From positions 1-64,000 of the forward strand of contig MU008171.1 of the NCBI GenBank assembly GCA_010909165.1: a stretch of DNA of 64,000 nucleotides, read 5' to 3'. Positions 9,784 to 23,659 of this stretch are shown here, one piece after another (position 1 is the first letter of the stretch; each line of letters starts with the position of its first letter). The notes below the pieces were generated by a model. It did no database searches. It had not been told where the DNA came from and worked only from the letters and a program-made list of their open reading frames with translations. Both the position numbers and the translations under genes were made by a program. The stretch is from Anthoceros angustus (taxonomy: Eukaryota; Plantae; Anthocerotophyta).

Positions 9784-12373
9784 ATGATGGCTATAGTATG
9801 GCAATCGGACCCGTTGGGGATGCAACAAATTGGTGGAGCTGAAGCTCACCTCGTTACTGTAGGTTGTCAACCGCTGGGAAACAACCAAGCCTTCAGGTGC
9901 AGAAGTGTTAGGAGTCCAGCACTTGCACTTGCGAGGAAATATGTGGATGGGGACGGAATTCGCAGCGATGGTCATCGGCAGGAGCAGGAGCACTTGTGGC
10001 AACAATTTTTTCTGGACCCTACCATGTGGCGGGACAACAGACGAGATAAGAAGAGCTCCCGTTCGCCTGACTTTCGGCATAAGGGGTCCGGCGAGGTACT
10101 GTGGTTAGGAAGCATGGTCAAGCCAGCCTGGGTTGATGAGCACCTCGTTTCTTTGGACTTGCAGATGGGTCATGGTGCCTCTCCTTCCACATCCATCTCT
10201 CCAGGTAAGCCTGAACCTGGCATAAGTGAAGGATCGGGAATGGGCGTGGTGACGGCTGAAACCGTGAGCATGTTATGTCAGCAGGGGAAGCTATCTGAGG
10301 CCGTTGGGGCCCTGGAATCTCTGGCGCAGACAGGCTCTTCCATTTCTCTGGCTGTGTTTTACACTGTGCTGAAACTGTGTTCAGCTCAGAAGGATTTGGT
10401 TGTGGGGCGACGAGTTCATGATCTCGCTGTCAAACTTGGGTACCATGAGAATGCATTCTTGGGAAACCATATCTTGCGCATGTATGCATGTGGAGGTAGG
10501 TTAGAGGAGGCCATGGATGTGTTCACCAGGGTGCGCAAACCAGATGCCTTTATGTGGTTTTCCTTGATCTCCGCATACACTAAACATGGGAAGCCTCAAG
10601 CGGCCATACAACTGTACCATGAGATGCGTAGATCAGGAGTGAAGGCGAATGGTCATGTCTTTGTAGCTGCCCTTCAAGCTTGTGCATTTGCCGCCGACTT
10701 GGAATCTGGCAGAAAAGTGCACTGTGATGTGTTGCACAGTGGCATTCCTCCTGACTTGTTTGTTGGCACCTGCCTGGTGGACATGTATGCAAAATGTGGT
10801 GAACTGAAAGATGCACGCCAGGTTTTTGACAGCATGGCCACAAAGGATGTGGTGACATGGACGACCCTGATTGCTGGGTATGCACAGCAAGGGCTCAGCC
10901 AAGAGGCACTTGTTGTGTATGGACAAATGGAGCAGGAGGGCCTGATTTTGGCTAACCATGTTACTTTGCTTGCCTTCTGAAGGCCTGTGCAAGCACTGGT
11001 GCCTTACAGAAGGGCAGGCAGCTGCACTCACAGATTGTCGGAAGAGGACTGCTGGATCAAGTAGTGCTTGGAAACTGCCTGGTGGACATGTATGCAAAAT
11101 GTGGTGAACTGGAAGATGCACGCCAGGTATTTGAAAGCTTGCCCACAAAGGATGTGGTGACATGGACGGCGCTGATTGCTGGGTATGCTCAGCAAGAACT
11201 CGGCCACGAAGCGCTTGTTGTGTATGGACAAATGGAGGAGGAGGGCCTCATTTTGGCTGATGATTTTACATTTTCATGCCTTCTGAAGGCATGTGCAAGC
11301 ACTGGTGCCTTACAGAAGGGCAGACACCTGCACTCACAGATAGTGGAAAGAGGACTGCTGGATAACGTAGTGTTGGGCAACTGTCTGGTGGACATGTATG
11401 CAAAATGTGGTGAACTTGAAGATGCACGCCGGGTTTTTGACAGTCTGACCATAAAGAATGTGGTGACATGGAATGCCCTGATATCTGGGTATGGTACTTG
11501 TGATGATGGTCACAGAGCACTAGCTTGTTTTGAGGAGATGCTAGCTGCAGGGATTCAGCCTGATGGTGTTACTTTTACTTGCCTTCTAGTAGCATGCAGT
11601 CATGAGGGACTGGTCCACGAGGGTCGCAAGCACTTTGATTCCATGGCTGACCAGTATGGCATCCAACCTACAATTGAGCACTACAATTGCATGATTGATC
11701 TTCTTGGGCGTGCAGGCCATTTAGATGAGGCAGGGAAGGTGCTATTATCATGTCAGAGCCAAAATAACGTTGTGGGCTTGACGTCCCTGTTGAATGCCTG
11801 CAAAAATTATGGGGATATAGAGAGGGCGATTCGGTGTTTTGAAAGCATTGTTAGGGTGGACCCTCAAAGAGCGTCTGCATATGTGCTCATGGCCAATGCC
11901 TACGCAGATGCAGGTATGTGGGCAGATGTAGACAGGATTGAAACTCAGAGAATCGTAGCAGGAGCTAACAAGAAGCCTGCTGTGGCGAGCATTGAGGTGA
12001 GTAAGCAGGTACATAGTTTCCTGGTGGGAGAAAGGAGAGAGGATATTGCGCTTAAGGTGGAGAGCACGAATGCACGTCTGAAGCTGGAAGGAGGCCACGT
12101 ACCTCACACAAAGTTGGTGTTGAAGCCATTGGCTGAGAAGGAAAAGGAAAACATGCTTTGCGGGCATGCTGAGAAGCTAGCTCTAGCGTTTGGTCTCTTG
12201 AACACTCCAGTGGGACACCTCTGGTGGTAACAAAGAATCTACGCATGTGCAGTGACTGCCACAGTTCCACGGAGATCATGTCAAGGCTTGAACAGAGAGA
12301 CATTGTTGTAAGGGATGGGTACCGTGTGCATCGATTTGCAGCTGGTTGTTGCAGTTGTAAGGGTCGACCGTGA
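9784..12373 (+). CDS. PLS-class PPR protein with N-terminal PDF motif and DYW:KP (GRP) domain, paralog 1. Two single-base frameshifts (pseudogene or sequencing error).
   Basis: The ORFs 9679-10980 and 11064-12230 plus the terminal ...GCCSCKGRP* (stop 12371-12373) align colinearly with the intact paralog at 25305. 14 PPR motifs, E1/E2, KPAVASIE, HAEKLA. Frameshifts at ~10965 and ~12210. Confidence 0.85.
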
Positions 12374-12639
12374 GAATGAAGAAGAACTAGCTGGTGCTCT
12401 ATCGTGTACTGCTTTCCTCTTCTGAGCTTCTGAGGGGAAATATGGTTGCATTGCTCCATCAGCTCCATCCATGTTCTAACTGAGACAGCTGAGACGGATT
12501 TACCCCTCTTTTCATGTCAGAGAACGTGTGAATTCTGTGAATCTCCTCCTGTACATAAGTACTGTGAGGGAACTAAGTCAGGCCCTGATTGCAGGGGAGA
12601 CTGCAGCCATCACTACTTGCAACCCCTGAAGGCCTGCCG

Positions 12640-13231
12640 GGGGAAGGAAGGGAGAGGGAAGGTGCAGCGTCTGCAGAAGTCGGCCGTGCAAAGGGGCTTG
12701 GGTAGCCCGTCCCTGTACAGAAACTGAGAGAAAGCTATGTGACGAAGACCATGCTCAGGTTATGGAGGCTGTGGAACTTGTGACGCTGCAGATCCTTTCA
12801 TTTCCGAATCCCTCTTCTGCACTGTCCTGAAGAACTGTGCGGTCAGCAACGATCTTGTGGTGGGTAGCCGCGTCTTTCCTCTTACACCGAGACAGGGGTG
12901 CGGATCAGGCACGAGCCTGTGCAACCACATCTTGCCGATGGACGCTTCTCATGGCAGGTTGCAACACATGATGCATGTGTGTGAGTGAAGCTGCTTCCCC
13001 TGCTGCAGAAATCCGGCAGCAGCACATGCCTGAAGAAGGCAAACAAAGGGGATGCCCTCTGATTGCATACTCGCATACATGGCATGGGCTTCTGTACGTC
13101 CGAGCCTCTGCTGAGCATATCCATCAATCAGGGGGGCAGTCCATGTCACCCATCCTCACCAATATCAGCACCTTGCAAGCCTCATTCAAGCCTCCACACA
13201 TTGGCGTCCATGTTCACCAGGCGATTCATGA
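12640..13231. pseudogene. Rearranged PPR fragments: a plus-strand L-motif piece joined to a minus-strand S-P-L piece
   Basis: Plus strand ESLFCTVLKNCAVSNDLVVGSRV resembles the first L motif of the PPR genes. Minus strand TWTAPLIDGYAQQRLG...FVCLLQACAAAGFLQQGKQLHS. Confidence 0.75.
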
Positions 13232-14715
13232 CAAAATTACCCGCCCAAGGGCTCAACGATGCTTGGAACATCTCCAAAGCCAGATATGCCTTCCTTGTTT
13301 TAGGTTTGTGAAATGTTCAAACTTCGCTCTTCACACGTTGAACTTGGTGTTCAAGTGTGTTCCAACATTGTTCCTCACACATTGAAACCGGTGCGGAATG
13401 TGTTGGAAAAGTGTTGAAATTGCGCTCCGAACCAACTGGCAAACGGTAGTCGTTGGTGTCAGTGCTCTTATGAAGTTTGCAGACCCGTCACCTCAGCAGG
13501 GTAGGGGCGGCTCGGCTTCCATCATCATTGCTGAAAATCCTCTCAAACAAGCTTTCCTCCACCAGAAACAGCAGCACCGGCTGGTGGTGATGACTACCTC
13601 TGCGATGTCCTCGAAAGCATCCAGGCTGGGCCGGCAATGGATGCCCTCCATGCACACCATCCTCAACTACAACCCTAATTTCTTGCCGCCCCAAACTACA
13701 ACTTAAGCAAGGTATGCATGGCGACCCTTCCGTCACCAAGCACAGCGCTCCTGCCCTCCACCAGCCGTGGTGGTTGGGCGATCCTCAGCGCGGGGCGGCC
13801 TGTCGTCGACAAGCCGGTGCATCGACAGGCTGTCGATGCACCGGCTTCCTCATACTTCAAACGTAAGGGTGATTTCTGATTTCACCTTCGACCGCCGGTG
13901 TAGACGTGGCCATCGGGTATAGGACAGAAAGTTGATTTTAATTTTACATCCACAGCCCGTCGCATAAACGTGGATCATGCCCGGCATCAATGTGGCAGTG
14001 GCAAGGCATGTTTGGACCTAACCTACCCGGAGGTTGGTGAAGCTTTGACAACGCTAACATCATACATTTGGTACGAGTGAAAAGGTGTCATGGCGGTTGA
14101 AATATTACCTGCAACGCAGGTAATGCAATCTCTTTATTTAATTAAGTATAACATATGGTACGTGAAAATGCAAGTGTGTCCAGCGGGCAAGGCGAGCCAG
14201 ATATCCTAAAACATATTAAAGTGGGGATGCAGGTGTTTAAAGTGGGGATGCAGGTGTGTCCAGCAGCAAGCGAGGCGAGATATCCATCGACATGATGGAC
14301 CCGTAGAAGCCACAACTTCCCCACTTTACAGCTATCGAAGGACGTATCAGATGTAGTTTTGATCGACGTCCATGTTGTGGGTTGTATGGTTTAAACTTCC
14401 CCACTTTACAGCTATCGAAGGACGTATTCGATATAGTTTTGATCGACCGTCCATGTTGTGGGTTCTAAGGTTTAAACCTCCAATGTCCACAAAACTATTG
14501 TTGTCTGTCGTGCTGTGTCCACTAATCTCTGCACTTGGGTTGAGTGTTTGTTTAATATTATTGAATCCAATACTTATCTTTAAGTAATTAATTAGTCTTA
14601 ATTACTGTTGTTCTCAAAAGCACGTGAATTGGCATACTCTACAACATTCTATGTTCAAAGAGACATACTTAATCTATTAAGATTGGGTTATTACATGCAC
14701 CCTCGATGAATTTCC

Positions 14716-15222
14716 TCATTTCCGCCTTAAAACACCGAGTATATAGTCTTTAGGACGTTTTGCTATGGTGTATATAGATTTTTCTTGAGTGAACCATTCA
14801 TGCATTTTTATATGTGGGATAGTGATCCGTAAATGTGGATTATGATGTAATAATCCTAATAGTAGATGGATACAATGAGGAGAAAGATTTCCAGTCAGTT
14901 GAAGCGCATACTCGCTAATTGTAAACTCATCATCCTCTTCCACAAAAAGGTGAAAACCAGTTAGCATCTTAAACAAGGTTACCCCAGTGGACCATATATC
15001 ACATGGTGCTCCCTTGTATTTTAATCCCAGACGAACCTCAGGAGCCATGTACGTTATTGTTCCACAATCTTCGCTATATTCAAGATTTGAGTTTCCTGAA
15101 GTTCCAAAATCTGCGATTTTCAAAACTCCTTGCCACTCATAAGTAAATTCTCCGGTTTGATATCGCGGTGAAAATGCCGATTGTGGCAATGTTCTAAACC
15201 ATAAATAAGTTCACGAAAATGG
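14716..15222 (-). pseudogene. CIPK/SnRK-like Ser/Thr kinase, C-terminal half (copy A)
   Basis: HRDIKPENLL, LKIADFG, CGTITYMAPEV, CDIWSTGV, RITIPHIKMHEWF. Confidence 0.85.
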
Positions 15223-15664
15223 TGTTTAAAGTGGGGATGCAGGTGTGTCCAAGGCGGAGGCGAGATATCCATCGACATGATGGACCCGAAGCCACAACTT
15301 CCCACTTTCACTATCGAAGGCGTCGGATGTAGTTTTGATCGGCGTCCATGTTGTGGGTTGTATGGTTTAAACTTCCCACTATCGAAGGCGTATTATAGTT
15401 TTGATCGGCGTCCATGTTGTGGGTTCTAAGGTTTAAACCTCCAATGTCCACAAAACTATTGTCCGTCGTGTCCACTAATCTGCACTTGGGTTGAGTGTTT
15501 GTTTAATATTATTGAATCCAATACTTATCTTTAAGTAATTAATTAGTCTTAATTCGTTGTTCTCAAAAGCACGTGAATTGGCATACTCTACAACATTCTA
15601 TGTTCAAAGAGACATACTTAATCTATTAAGATTGGGTTATTACATGCACCCTCGATGAATTTCC

Positions 15665-16471
15665 TCATTTCCGCCTTAAAACACCGAGTATATAGTCTTT
15701 AGGACGTTTTGCTATGGTGTATATAGATTTTCTTGAGTGAACCATTCATGCATTTTTATATGTGGGATAGTGATCCGTAAATGTGGATTATGATGTAATA
15801 ATCCTAATAGTAGATGGATACAATGAGGAGAAAGATTTCCGATCGGTTGAAGCGCATACTAATTGTAAACTCATCATCCTCTTCCACAAAGGTGAAAAGT
15901 TAGCATCTTAAAACAGGTTACCCTGGACCATATATCACATGGTGCTCCTTGTATTTTAATCGACGAACCTCGGGAGCCATGTCGTTATTGTTCCACAATC
16001 TTCGCTATATTCAAGATTTGAGTTTTCCTGCGGCAAGTTCCAAAATCTGCGATTTTCAAAACTCCTTGCCACTCATAAGTAAATTCTCGGTTTGATATCG
16101 CGGTGAAAATGCCGACATTGTGGCAATGTTCTAAACCATAAATAAGTTCACGAAAATGGTGTATTAAATCTTCACATATGCAACCGCTTCGTTGAATAAG
16201 ATGCACAATGAATCATGTCCCACCGTTCTTGAACTATAAATACATTTTACCCAACTTATGCATAGTATGTGCCTTCACTATGTTTGGGTGATCCAAAACT
16301 TTTAAAGAAAAAATTCAAGCTCTATGGCTTTCATACATGTTTCACCAACGTTATTAAAGATCTTGATGGCCTTTGGTTCATCGGAGTAATGTTTTTCCAA
16401 GCATAACTTGTGCTTGACCACCTTCCCCAATACGGTTTCACGATCTCATAATCGCCAAGTCTTGTAACCAT
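15665..16471 (-). pseudogene. CIPK/SnRK-like kinase, frameshifted (copy B)
   Basis: Reconstructed across frames: LGDYEI...AIKIF...KVLDHPNIVK...HHFRELIYGLEHCHN...KIADFG...HEWF. Confidence 0.8.
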
Positions 16472-17455
16472 GCCATGTCGCACCGCAAGCATCATAGTTG
16501 CTGCCGACGCAAGAACTTGACTTGAAAGAAAAAATCAAAATTGGAAGCCCGGAGCTCCTTCCTCCTAGAGGTGCAGCTATATAATCAAGATGGGCCTACA
16601 CCACTATGCAGAGACTCAATGTCGCATCACGAATAGCAAAATACGGTTCTACCACCGACAAAGGCACGCTTAATACTTCCAACTTGCAAGGGACGAGCCA
16701 ATGTGGATGAGTATCGTTGTCTTCAGTCGTTGGAAGCTCCCAAGACAAACATCAACAATATTGTTGAACTGGTTGGCGTGATAGTGATGTAATTAACTTG
16801 ATATGATTGTTGAGCCATGGAAATATTACATGTATATATAGAAGTTGGTGTCCTTGGTTCTAAGTAAATATTCTATCACACTCACTTGGATTAAAGAGGA
16901 GAACCTAATGTCCTTGGTTCTCGGCAAATATTCTATCACACTTACTTGAACGAAGAGGGAGAGCCCCGATGATCTTTGGTTCTCGACAAAGTTACTTGAA
17001 CGAAGAGGAGAACTGGTGTCCTTGGTTCTCGATGAAGTCACACTTACTTGAACCAAAGAGGAGAACCTGACAGTGTCCCTGCCTCGTGCTCACTTAGTTA
17101 GTTAGGCACGGCTTGGATCGTCATAGCAACCCGGCTTGGATCGCCTATATAACTTGAACAACAAGGTGGAGGAGAAGTGAGCGATGAGCGGATAGCCTCA
17201 TGGACGAGCGAGAACGTGAACGGACGGGCGATCTGACAGTGCATAGGTGCATGTAAGTCGTGACGACTCTACCACTCTTGTGTCCGTGAGAGTTCTGGAT
17301 GAAAGTCGCCCCACGGCGGTGAAGAAAGGCCAACCCATTTTGTAAATGTTGCTATGAAAGCACGTGAATTGGCATACTCTACAACATTCTATGTTCAAAG
17401 AGACATACTTAATCTATTAAGATTGGGTTATTACATGCACCCTCGATGAATTTCC

Positions 17456-18271
17456 TCATTTCCGTCTTAAAAACACCGGTATATAGTCTTTAGGACGTTT
17501 TGCTATGGTGTATATAGATTTTCTTGAGTGAACCATTCATGCATTTTTATATGTGGGATAGTGATCCGTAAATGTGGATTATGATGTAATAATCCTAATA
17601 GTAGATGGATACAATGAGGAGAAAGTTTTCCGGTTGAAGCGCATACTCGCTAATCAGAAACTCATCATCCTCTTCCACAAAAAGGTGAAAACCGTTAGCA
17701 TCTTAAACAAGGTTACCCATGGACCATATATCACATGGTGCTCCTTGTATTTTAATCCTGCAGAACCTCGGGAGCCATGTAATGCGTTATTGTTCCACAA
17801 TCTTCGCTATATTCAAGATTTGAGTTTCCAAGAAGTTCCAAAATCTGCGATTTTCAAAACTCCTTGCCACTCATAAGTAAATTCTCCGGTTTGATATCGC
17901 GGTGAAAAATGCCAGCATTGTGGCAATGTTCTAAACCATAAATAAGTTCACGAAAATGGTGTACAGCTAAATCTTCACATATGCAACCGCTTCGTTGAAT
18001 AAGATGCAATAATGAATCATGTCCCTTCTTGAACTATAAATACATTTTACCCAACTTATGCATAGTATGTGCCTTCACTATGTTTGGGTGATCCAAAACT
18101 TTTAAAGAAAAAATTCAAGCTCTATGGCTTTCATACATGTTTCACCAACGTTATTAAAGATCTTGATGGCCTTTGGTTCATCGGAGTAATGTTTTTCCAA
18201 GCATAACTTGTGCTTGACCACCTTCCCCAATACGGTTCATCGATCTCATAATCGCCAAGTCTTGTAACCAT
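17456..18271 (-). pseudogene. CIPK/SnRK-like kinase, frameshifted (copy C)
   Basis: Near-identical to copy B. Confidence 0.8.
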
Positions 18272-19229
18272 GCCATGTCGCCGCAAGCATCATAGTTGTC
18301 GGCCTTGACTTGAAAGAAAAATCAAAATTGGAAGCCCGGAGCTCCTTCCTCCTAGAGGTGCAGCTATATAATCAAGATGGGCCTACACCACTATGCAGAG
18401 ACTCAATGTCGTACCGTGCGAAGCAAAATACGGTTCTACCACGGCGGTGGGCACGCTTAATACTTCCAACTTACAGGGACGAGCCAATGTGGATGAGTAT
18501 CGTTGTCTTCATATCGTTGGAAGCTCCCAAGACAAACATCAACAATATTGTTGAACGGTTGGCGTGATAGTGATAATGTAATTAACTTGATATGATTGTT
18601 GAGCCATGGAAATATTACATGTATATATAGAAGTTGGTGTCCTTGGTTCTCGACGAAGTAAATATTCTATCACACTCACTTGGATTAAAGAGGAGAACCT
18701 AATGTCCTTGGTTCTCGGAGTAAATATTCTATCACACTTACTTGAGCGAGGAGAGCGGTATCTTTGGTTCGACAAAGTTACTTGAGCGAAAGAGGAGAAC
18801 ACGGTGTCCTTGGTTCTCGATGAAGTCACCTTACTTGAACCAAAGAGGAGAACGTGTCCTCGGTTCTCGTGCTCACTTAGTTAGTTAGGCACGGGCTTGG
18901 ATCGGCTAGCAGGCTTGGATCGCCCTATATAACTTGAACAACAAGGTGGAGGAGAAGTGGCGATGAGCGGATAGCGTGTGGCGAAACGTGAGTGAGGGAG
19001 CGATCGGCCTGAGGCGAGCATAGGTGCATGTAAGCGTGACGACTCTACCACTCTTGTGTCCAGAGTTCGCGGATGAAAGTCGCCCCACGGCGGTGAAGAA
19101 AGGCCAACCCATTTTGTAAATGTTGCTATGAAAGCACGTGAATTGGCATACTCTACAACATTCTATGTTCAAAGAGACATACTTAATCTATTAAGATTGG
19201 GTTATTACATGCACCCTCGATGAATTTCC

Positions 19230-20048
19230 TCATTTCCGTCTTAAAAACACCGGTATATAGTCTTTAGGACGTTTTGCTATGGTGTATATAGATTTTCTTG
19301 AGTGAACCATTCATGCATTTTTATATGTGGGATAGTGATCCGTAAATGTGGATTATGATGTAATAATCCTAATAGTAGATGGATACAATGAGGAGAAAGT
19401 TTTCCGGTTGAAGCGCATACTCGCTAATCAGAAACTCATCATCCTCTTCCACAAAAGGTGAAAACCGGTTAGCATCTTAAACAAGGTTACCCATGGACCA
19501 TATATCACATGGTGCTCCTTGTATTTTAATCCTGCAGAACCTCGGGAGCCATGTACGTTATTGTTCCACAATCTTCGCTATATTCAAGATTTGAGTTTCC
19601 TCGAAGTTCCAAAATCTGCGATTTTCAAAACTCCTTGCCACTCATAAGTAAATTCTCCGGTTTGATATCGCGGTGAAAAATGCCAGCATTGTGGCAATGT
19701 TCTAAACCATAAATAAGTTCACGAAAATGGTGTACAGCTAAATCTTCACATATGCAACCGCTTCGTTGAATAAGATGCAATAATGAATCATGTCCCACCA
19801 GGTTCTTGAACTATAAATACATTTTACCCAACTTATGCATAGTATGTGCCTTCACTATGTTTGGGTGATCCAAAACTTTTAAAGAAAAAATTCAAGCTCT
19901 ATGGCTTTCATACATGTTTCACCAACGTTATTAAAGATCTTGATGGCCACCGTTCATCGGAAGTAATGTTTTTCAAGCATAACTTGTGCTTGACCACCTT
20001 CCCCAATACGGTTTCACCGATCTCATAATCGCCAAGTCTTGTAACCAT
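19230..20048 (-). pseudogene. CIPK/SnRK-like kinase, frameshifted (copy D)
   Basis: ORF 19908-20162 gives MVTRLGDYEIGETVLGKVVKHKLCLKNITSDE. The remainder matches the other copies. Confidence 0.8.
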
Positions 20049-21046
20049 GCCATGTCGCATCGCAAGCATCATAGTTGCTGCCGACGCAAGAACTTGACTT
20101 GAAAGAAAAATCAAAATTGGAAGCACGGAGCTCCTTCCTCCTAGAGGTGCATATATAATCAAGATGGGCCTACACCACTATGCAGTAGACTCAATGTCGC
20201 ATCACCGCGAATAGCAAAATACGGTTCTACCACGGCGGTGGGCACGCTTAATACTTCCAACTTGCAAGGGACGAGCCAATGTGGATGAGTATCGTTGTCT
20301 CTTGATCGTTGAAGCTCCCAAGACAAACATCAACAATATTGTTGAACTGGTTGGCGTGATAGTGATGTAATTAACTTGATATGATTGTTGAGCCATGGAA
20401 ATATTACATGTATATATAGAAGTTGGTGTCCTTGGTTCATCTAAGTAAATATTCTATCACACTCACTTGGATTAAAGAGGAGAACCTAATTTGTCCTTGG
20501 TTCTCGACGGCAAATATTCTATCACACTTACTTGAGCGAAGAGGGAGAGCTGACGTATCTTTGGTTCTCGACAAAGTTACTTGAACGAAAGAGGAGAACT
20601 CGGTGTCCTTGGTTCTCGATGAAGTCACACTTACTTGAACCAAAGAGGAGAAACTGACAGGTCCCTGCCTCGTGCTCACTTAGTTAGTTAGGCACGGCTT
20701 GGATCGTCATAGCAACCCGGCTTGGATCGCCTATAACTTGAACAACAAGGTGGAGGAGAAGTGAGCGATGAGCGGATAGCCTTGCGTGACGAGCGAGAAC
20801 GTGAACGGACGGAACGCGATCAAGACAGGCGAGCATAGGTGCATGGTCGACGACTCTACCACTCTTGTGTCCAGAGAGTTCTGAGATGAAAGTCGCCCCA
20901 CGACGGCGGTCAAGAAAGGCCAACCCATTTTGTAAATGTTGCTATGAAAAGCACGTGAATTGGCATACTCTACAACATTCTATGTTCAAAGAGACATACT
21001 TAATCTATTAAGATTGGGTTATTACATGCACCCTCGATGAATTTCC

Positions 21047-21848
21047 TCATTTCCGTCTTAAAAACACCGAGTATATAGTCTTTAGGACGTTTTGCTATGG
21101 TGTATATAGATTTTTCTTGAGTGAACCATTCATGCATTTTATATGTGGGATAGTGATCCGTAAATGTGGATTATGATGTAATAATCCTAATAGTAGATGG
21201 ATACAATGAGGAGAAAGTTTTCCACCAAGCATCGCTAATCAGAACTCATCATCCTCTTCCACAAAAGGTGAAAACCATTAGCATCTTAAACAAGGTTACC
21301 CCGGACCATATATCACATGGTGCTCCTTGTATTTTAATCCCGACGAACCTCGGAGCCATGTACGTTATTGTTCCACAATCTTCGCTATATTCAGATTTGA
21401 GTTTCCTTTGCAAGTTCCAAAATCTGATTTTCAAAACTCCTTGCCACTCATAAGTAAATTCTCCGGTTTGATATCGCGGTGAAAATGCCGATTGTGGCAA
21501 TGTTCTAAACCATAAATAAGTTCACGAAAATGGTGTACTAAATCTTCACATATGCAACCGCTTCGTTGAATAAGATGCAATAATGAATCATGTCCCACCA
21601 GTTCTTGAACTATAAATACATTTTACCCAACTTATGCATAGTATGTGCCTTCACTATGTTTGGGTGATCCAAAACTTTTAAAGAAAAAATTCAAGCTCTA
21701 TGGCTTTCATACATGTTTCACCAACGTTATTAAAGATCTTGATGGCCACCGTTCATCGGAAGTAATGTTTTTCCAAGCATAACTTGTGCTTGACCACCTT
21801 CCCCAATACGGTTTCACCGATCTCATAATCGCCAAGTCTTGTAACCAT
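21047..21848 (-). pseudogene. CIPK/SnRK-like kinase, frameshifted (copy E)
   Basis: CGTITYMAP and APCDIWSGVTLFKML occur in ORF 21249-21500. Confidence 0.8.
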
Positions 21849-22833
21849 GCCATGTCGCATCGCAAGCATCATAGTTGCCGCCGACGCAAGAACTTGACTT
21901 GAAAGAAAAATCAAAATTGGAAGCTGAGCTCCTTCCTCCTAGAGGTGCGACTATATAATCAAGATGGGCCTACACCACTATGCGAGACTCAATGTCGCAT
22001 CACGAATAGCAAAATACGGTTCTACCACGGCGGTGGGCACGCTTAATACTTCCAACTTGCAAGGGACGAGCCAATGTGGATGAGTATCGTTGTCTTCGTA
22101 TCGTTGGAAGCTCCCAAGACAAACATCAACAATATTGTTGAACTGGTTGGCGTGATAGTGATGTAATTAACTTGATATGATTGTTGAGCCATGGAAATAT
22201 TACATGTATATATAGAAGTTGGTGTCCTTGGTTCTCAAGTAAATATTCTATCACACTCACTTGGATTAAAGAGGAGAACCTAACGTTGTCCTTGGTTCTC
22301 GGCAAATATTCTATCACACTTACTTGAACGAAAGAGGAGAGCCCGTGATCTTTGGTTCTCGACAAAGTTACTTGAACGAAAGAGGAGAACCCCGATGTTG
22401 TCCTTGGTTCTCGATGAAGTCACACTTACTTGAACCAAAGAGGAGAAACGATGTGTCCCTGCCTCGTGCTCACTTAGTTAGTTAGGCACGGGCTTGGATC
22501 GTAGCAACGGCTTGGATCGCCTATATAACTTGAACAACAAGGTGGAGGAGAAGTGAGCGATGAGCGGATAGCCTTGCGTGACGGCGAGAACGTGAACGGA
22601 CGAAGCGATCAAAGACAGTGCATAGGTGCATGTAAGCGTGACGACTCTACCACTCTTGTGTCCGTAGAGTTCTGCGGATGAAAGTCGCCCCACGACGGCA
22701 AGAAAGGCCAACCCATTTTGTAAATGTTGCTATGAAAAGCACGTGAATTGGCATACTTACAACATTCTATGTTCAAAGAGACATACTTAATCTATTAAGA
22801 TTGGGTTATTACATGCACCCTCGATGAATTTCC

Positions 22834-23659
22834 TCATTTCCGCCTTTAAAAACACCGAGTATATAGTCTTTAGGACGTTTTGCTATGGTGTATATAGATT
22901 TTTCTTGAGTGAACCATTCATGCATTTTTATATGTGGATAGTGATCCGTAAATGTGGATTATGATGTAATAATCCTAATAGTAGATGGATACAATGAGGA
23001 GAAAGTTTTCCGCCGTTGAAGCGCATACCGCTTAACCGTAAACTCATCATCCTCTTCCACAAAAGGTGAAAACCATTAGCATCTTAAACAAGGTTACCCA
23101 ATGGACCATATATCACATGGTGCTCCTTGTATTTTAATCCCAGACGAACCTCGGGAGCCATGTAATGCGTTATTGTTCCACAATCTTCGCTATATTCAGA
23201 TTTGAGTTTTGCAAAGAAGTTCCAAAATCTGCGATTTTCAAAACTCCTTGCCACTCATAAGTAAATTCTACGGTTTGATATCGCGGTGAAAAATGCCAGA
23301 TTGTGGCAATGTTCTAAACCATAAATAAGTTCACGAAAATGGTGTATGTAAATCTTCACATATGCAACCGCTTGTTGAATAAGATGCAATAATGAATCAT
23401 GTCCCACCGTTCTTGAACTATAAATACATTTTACCCAACTTATGCATAGTATGTGCCTTCACTATGTTTGGGTGATCCAAAACTTTTAAAGAAAAAATTC
23501 AAGCTCTATGGCTTTCATACATGTTTCACCAACGTTATTAAAGATCTTGATGGCCACTTTGGTTCATCGGAAGTAATGTTTTTCCAAGCATAACTTGTGC
23601 TTGACCACCTTCCCCAATACGGTTTCACCGATCTCATAATCGCCAAGTCTTGTAACCAT
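22834..23659 (-). pseudogene. CIPK/SnRK-like kinase, frameshifted (copy F)
   Basis: Near-identical nucleotide copy of B-E. Confidence 0.8.
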
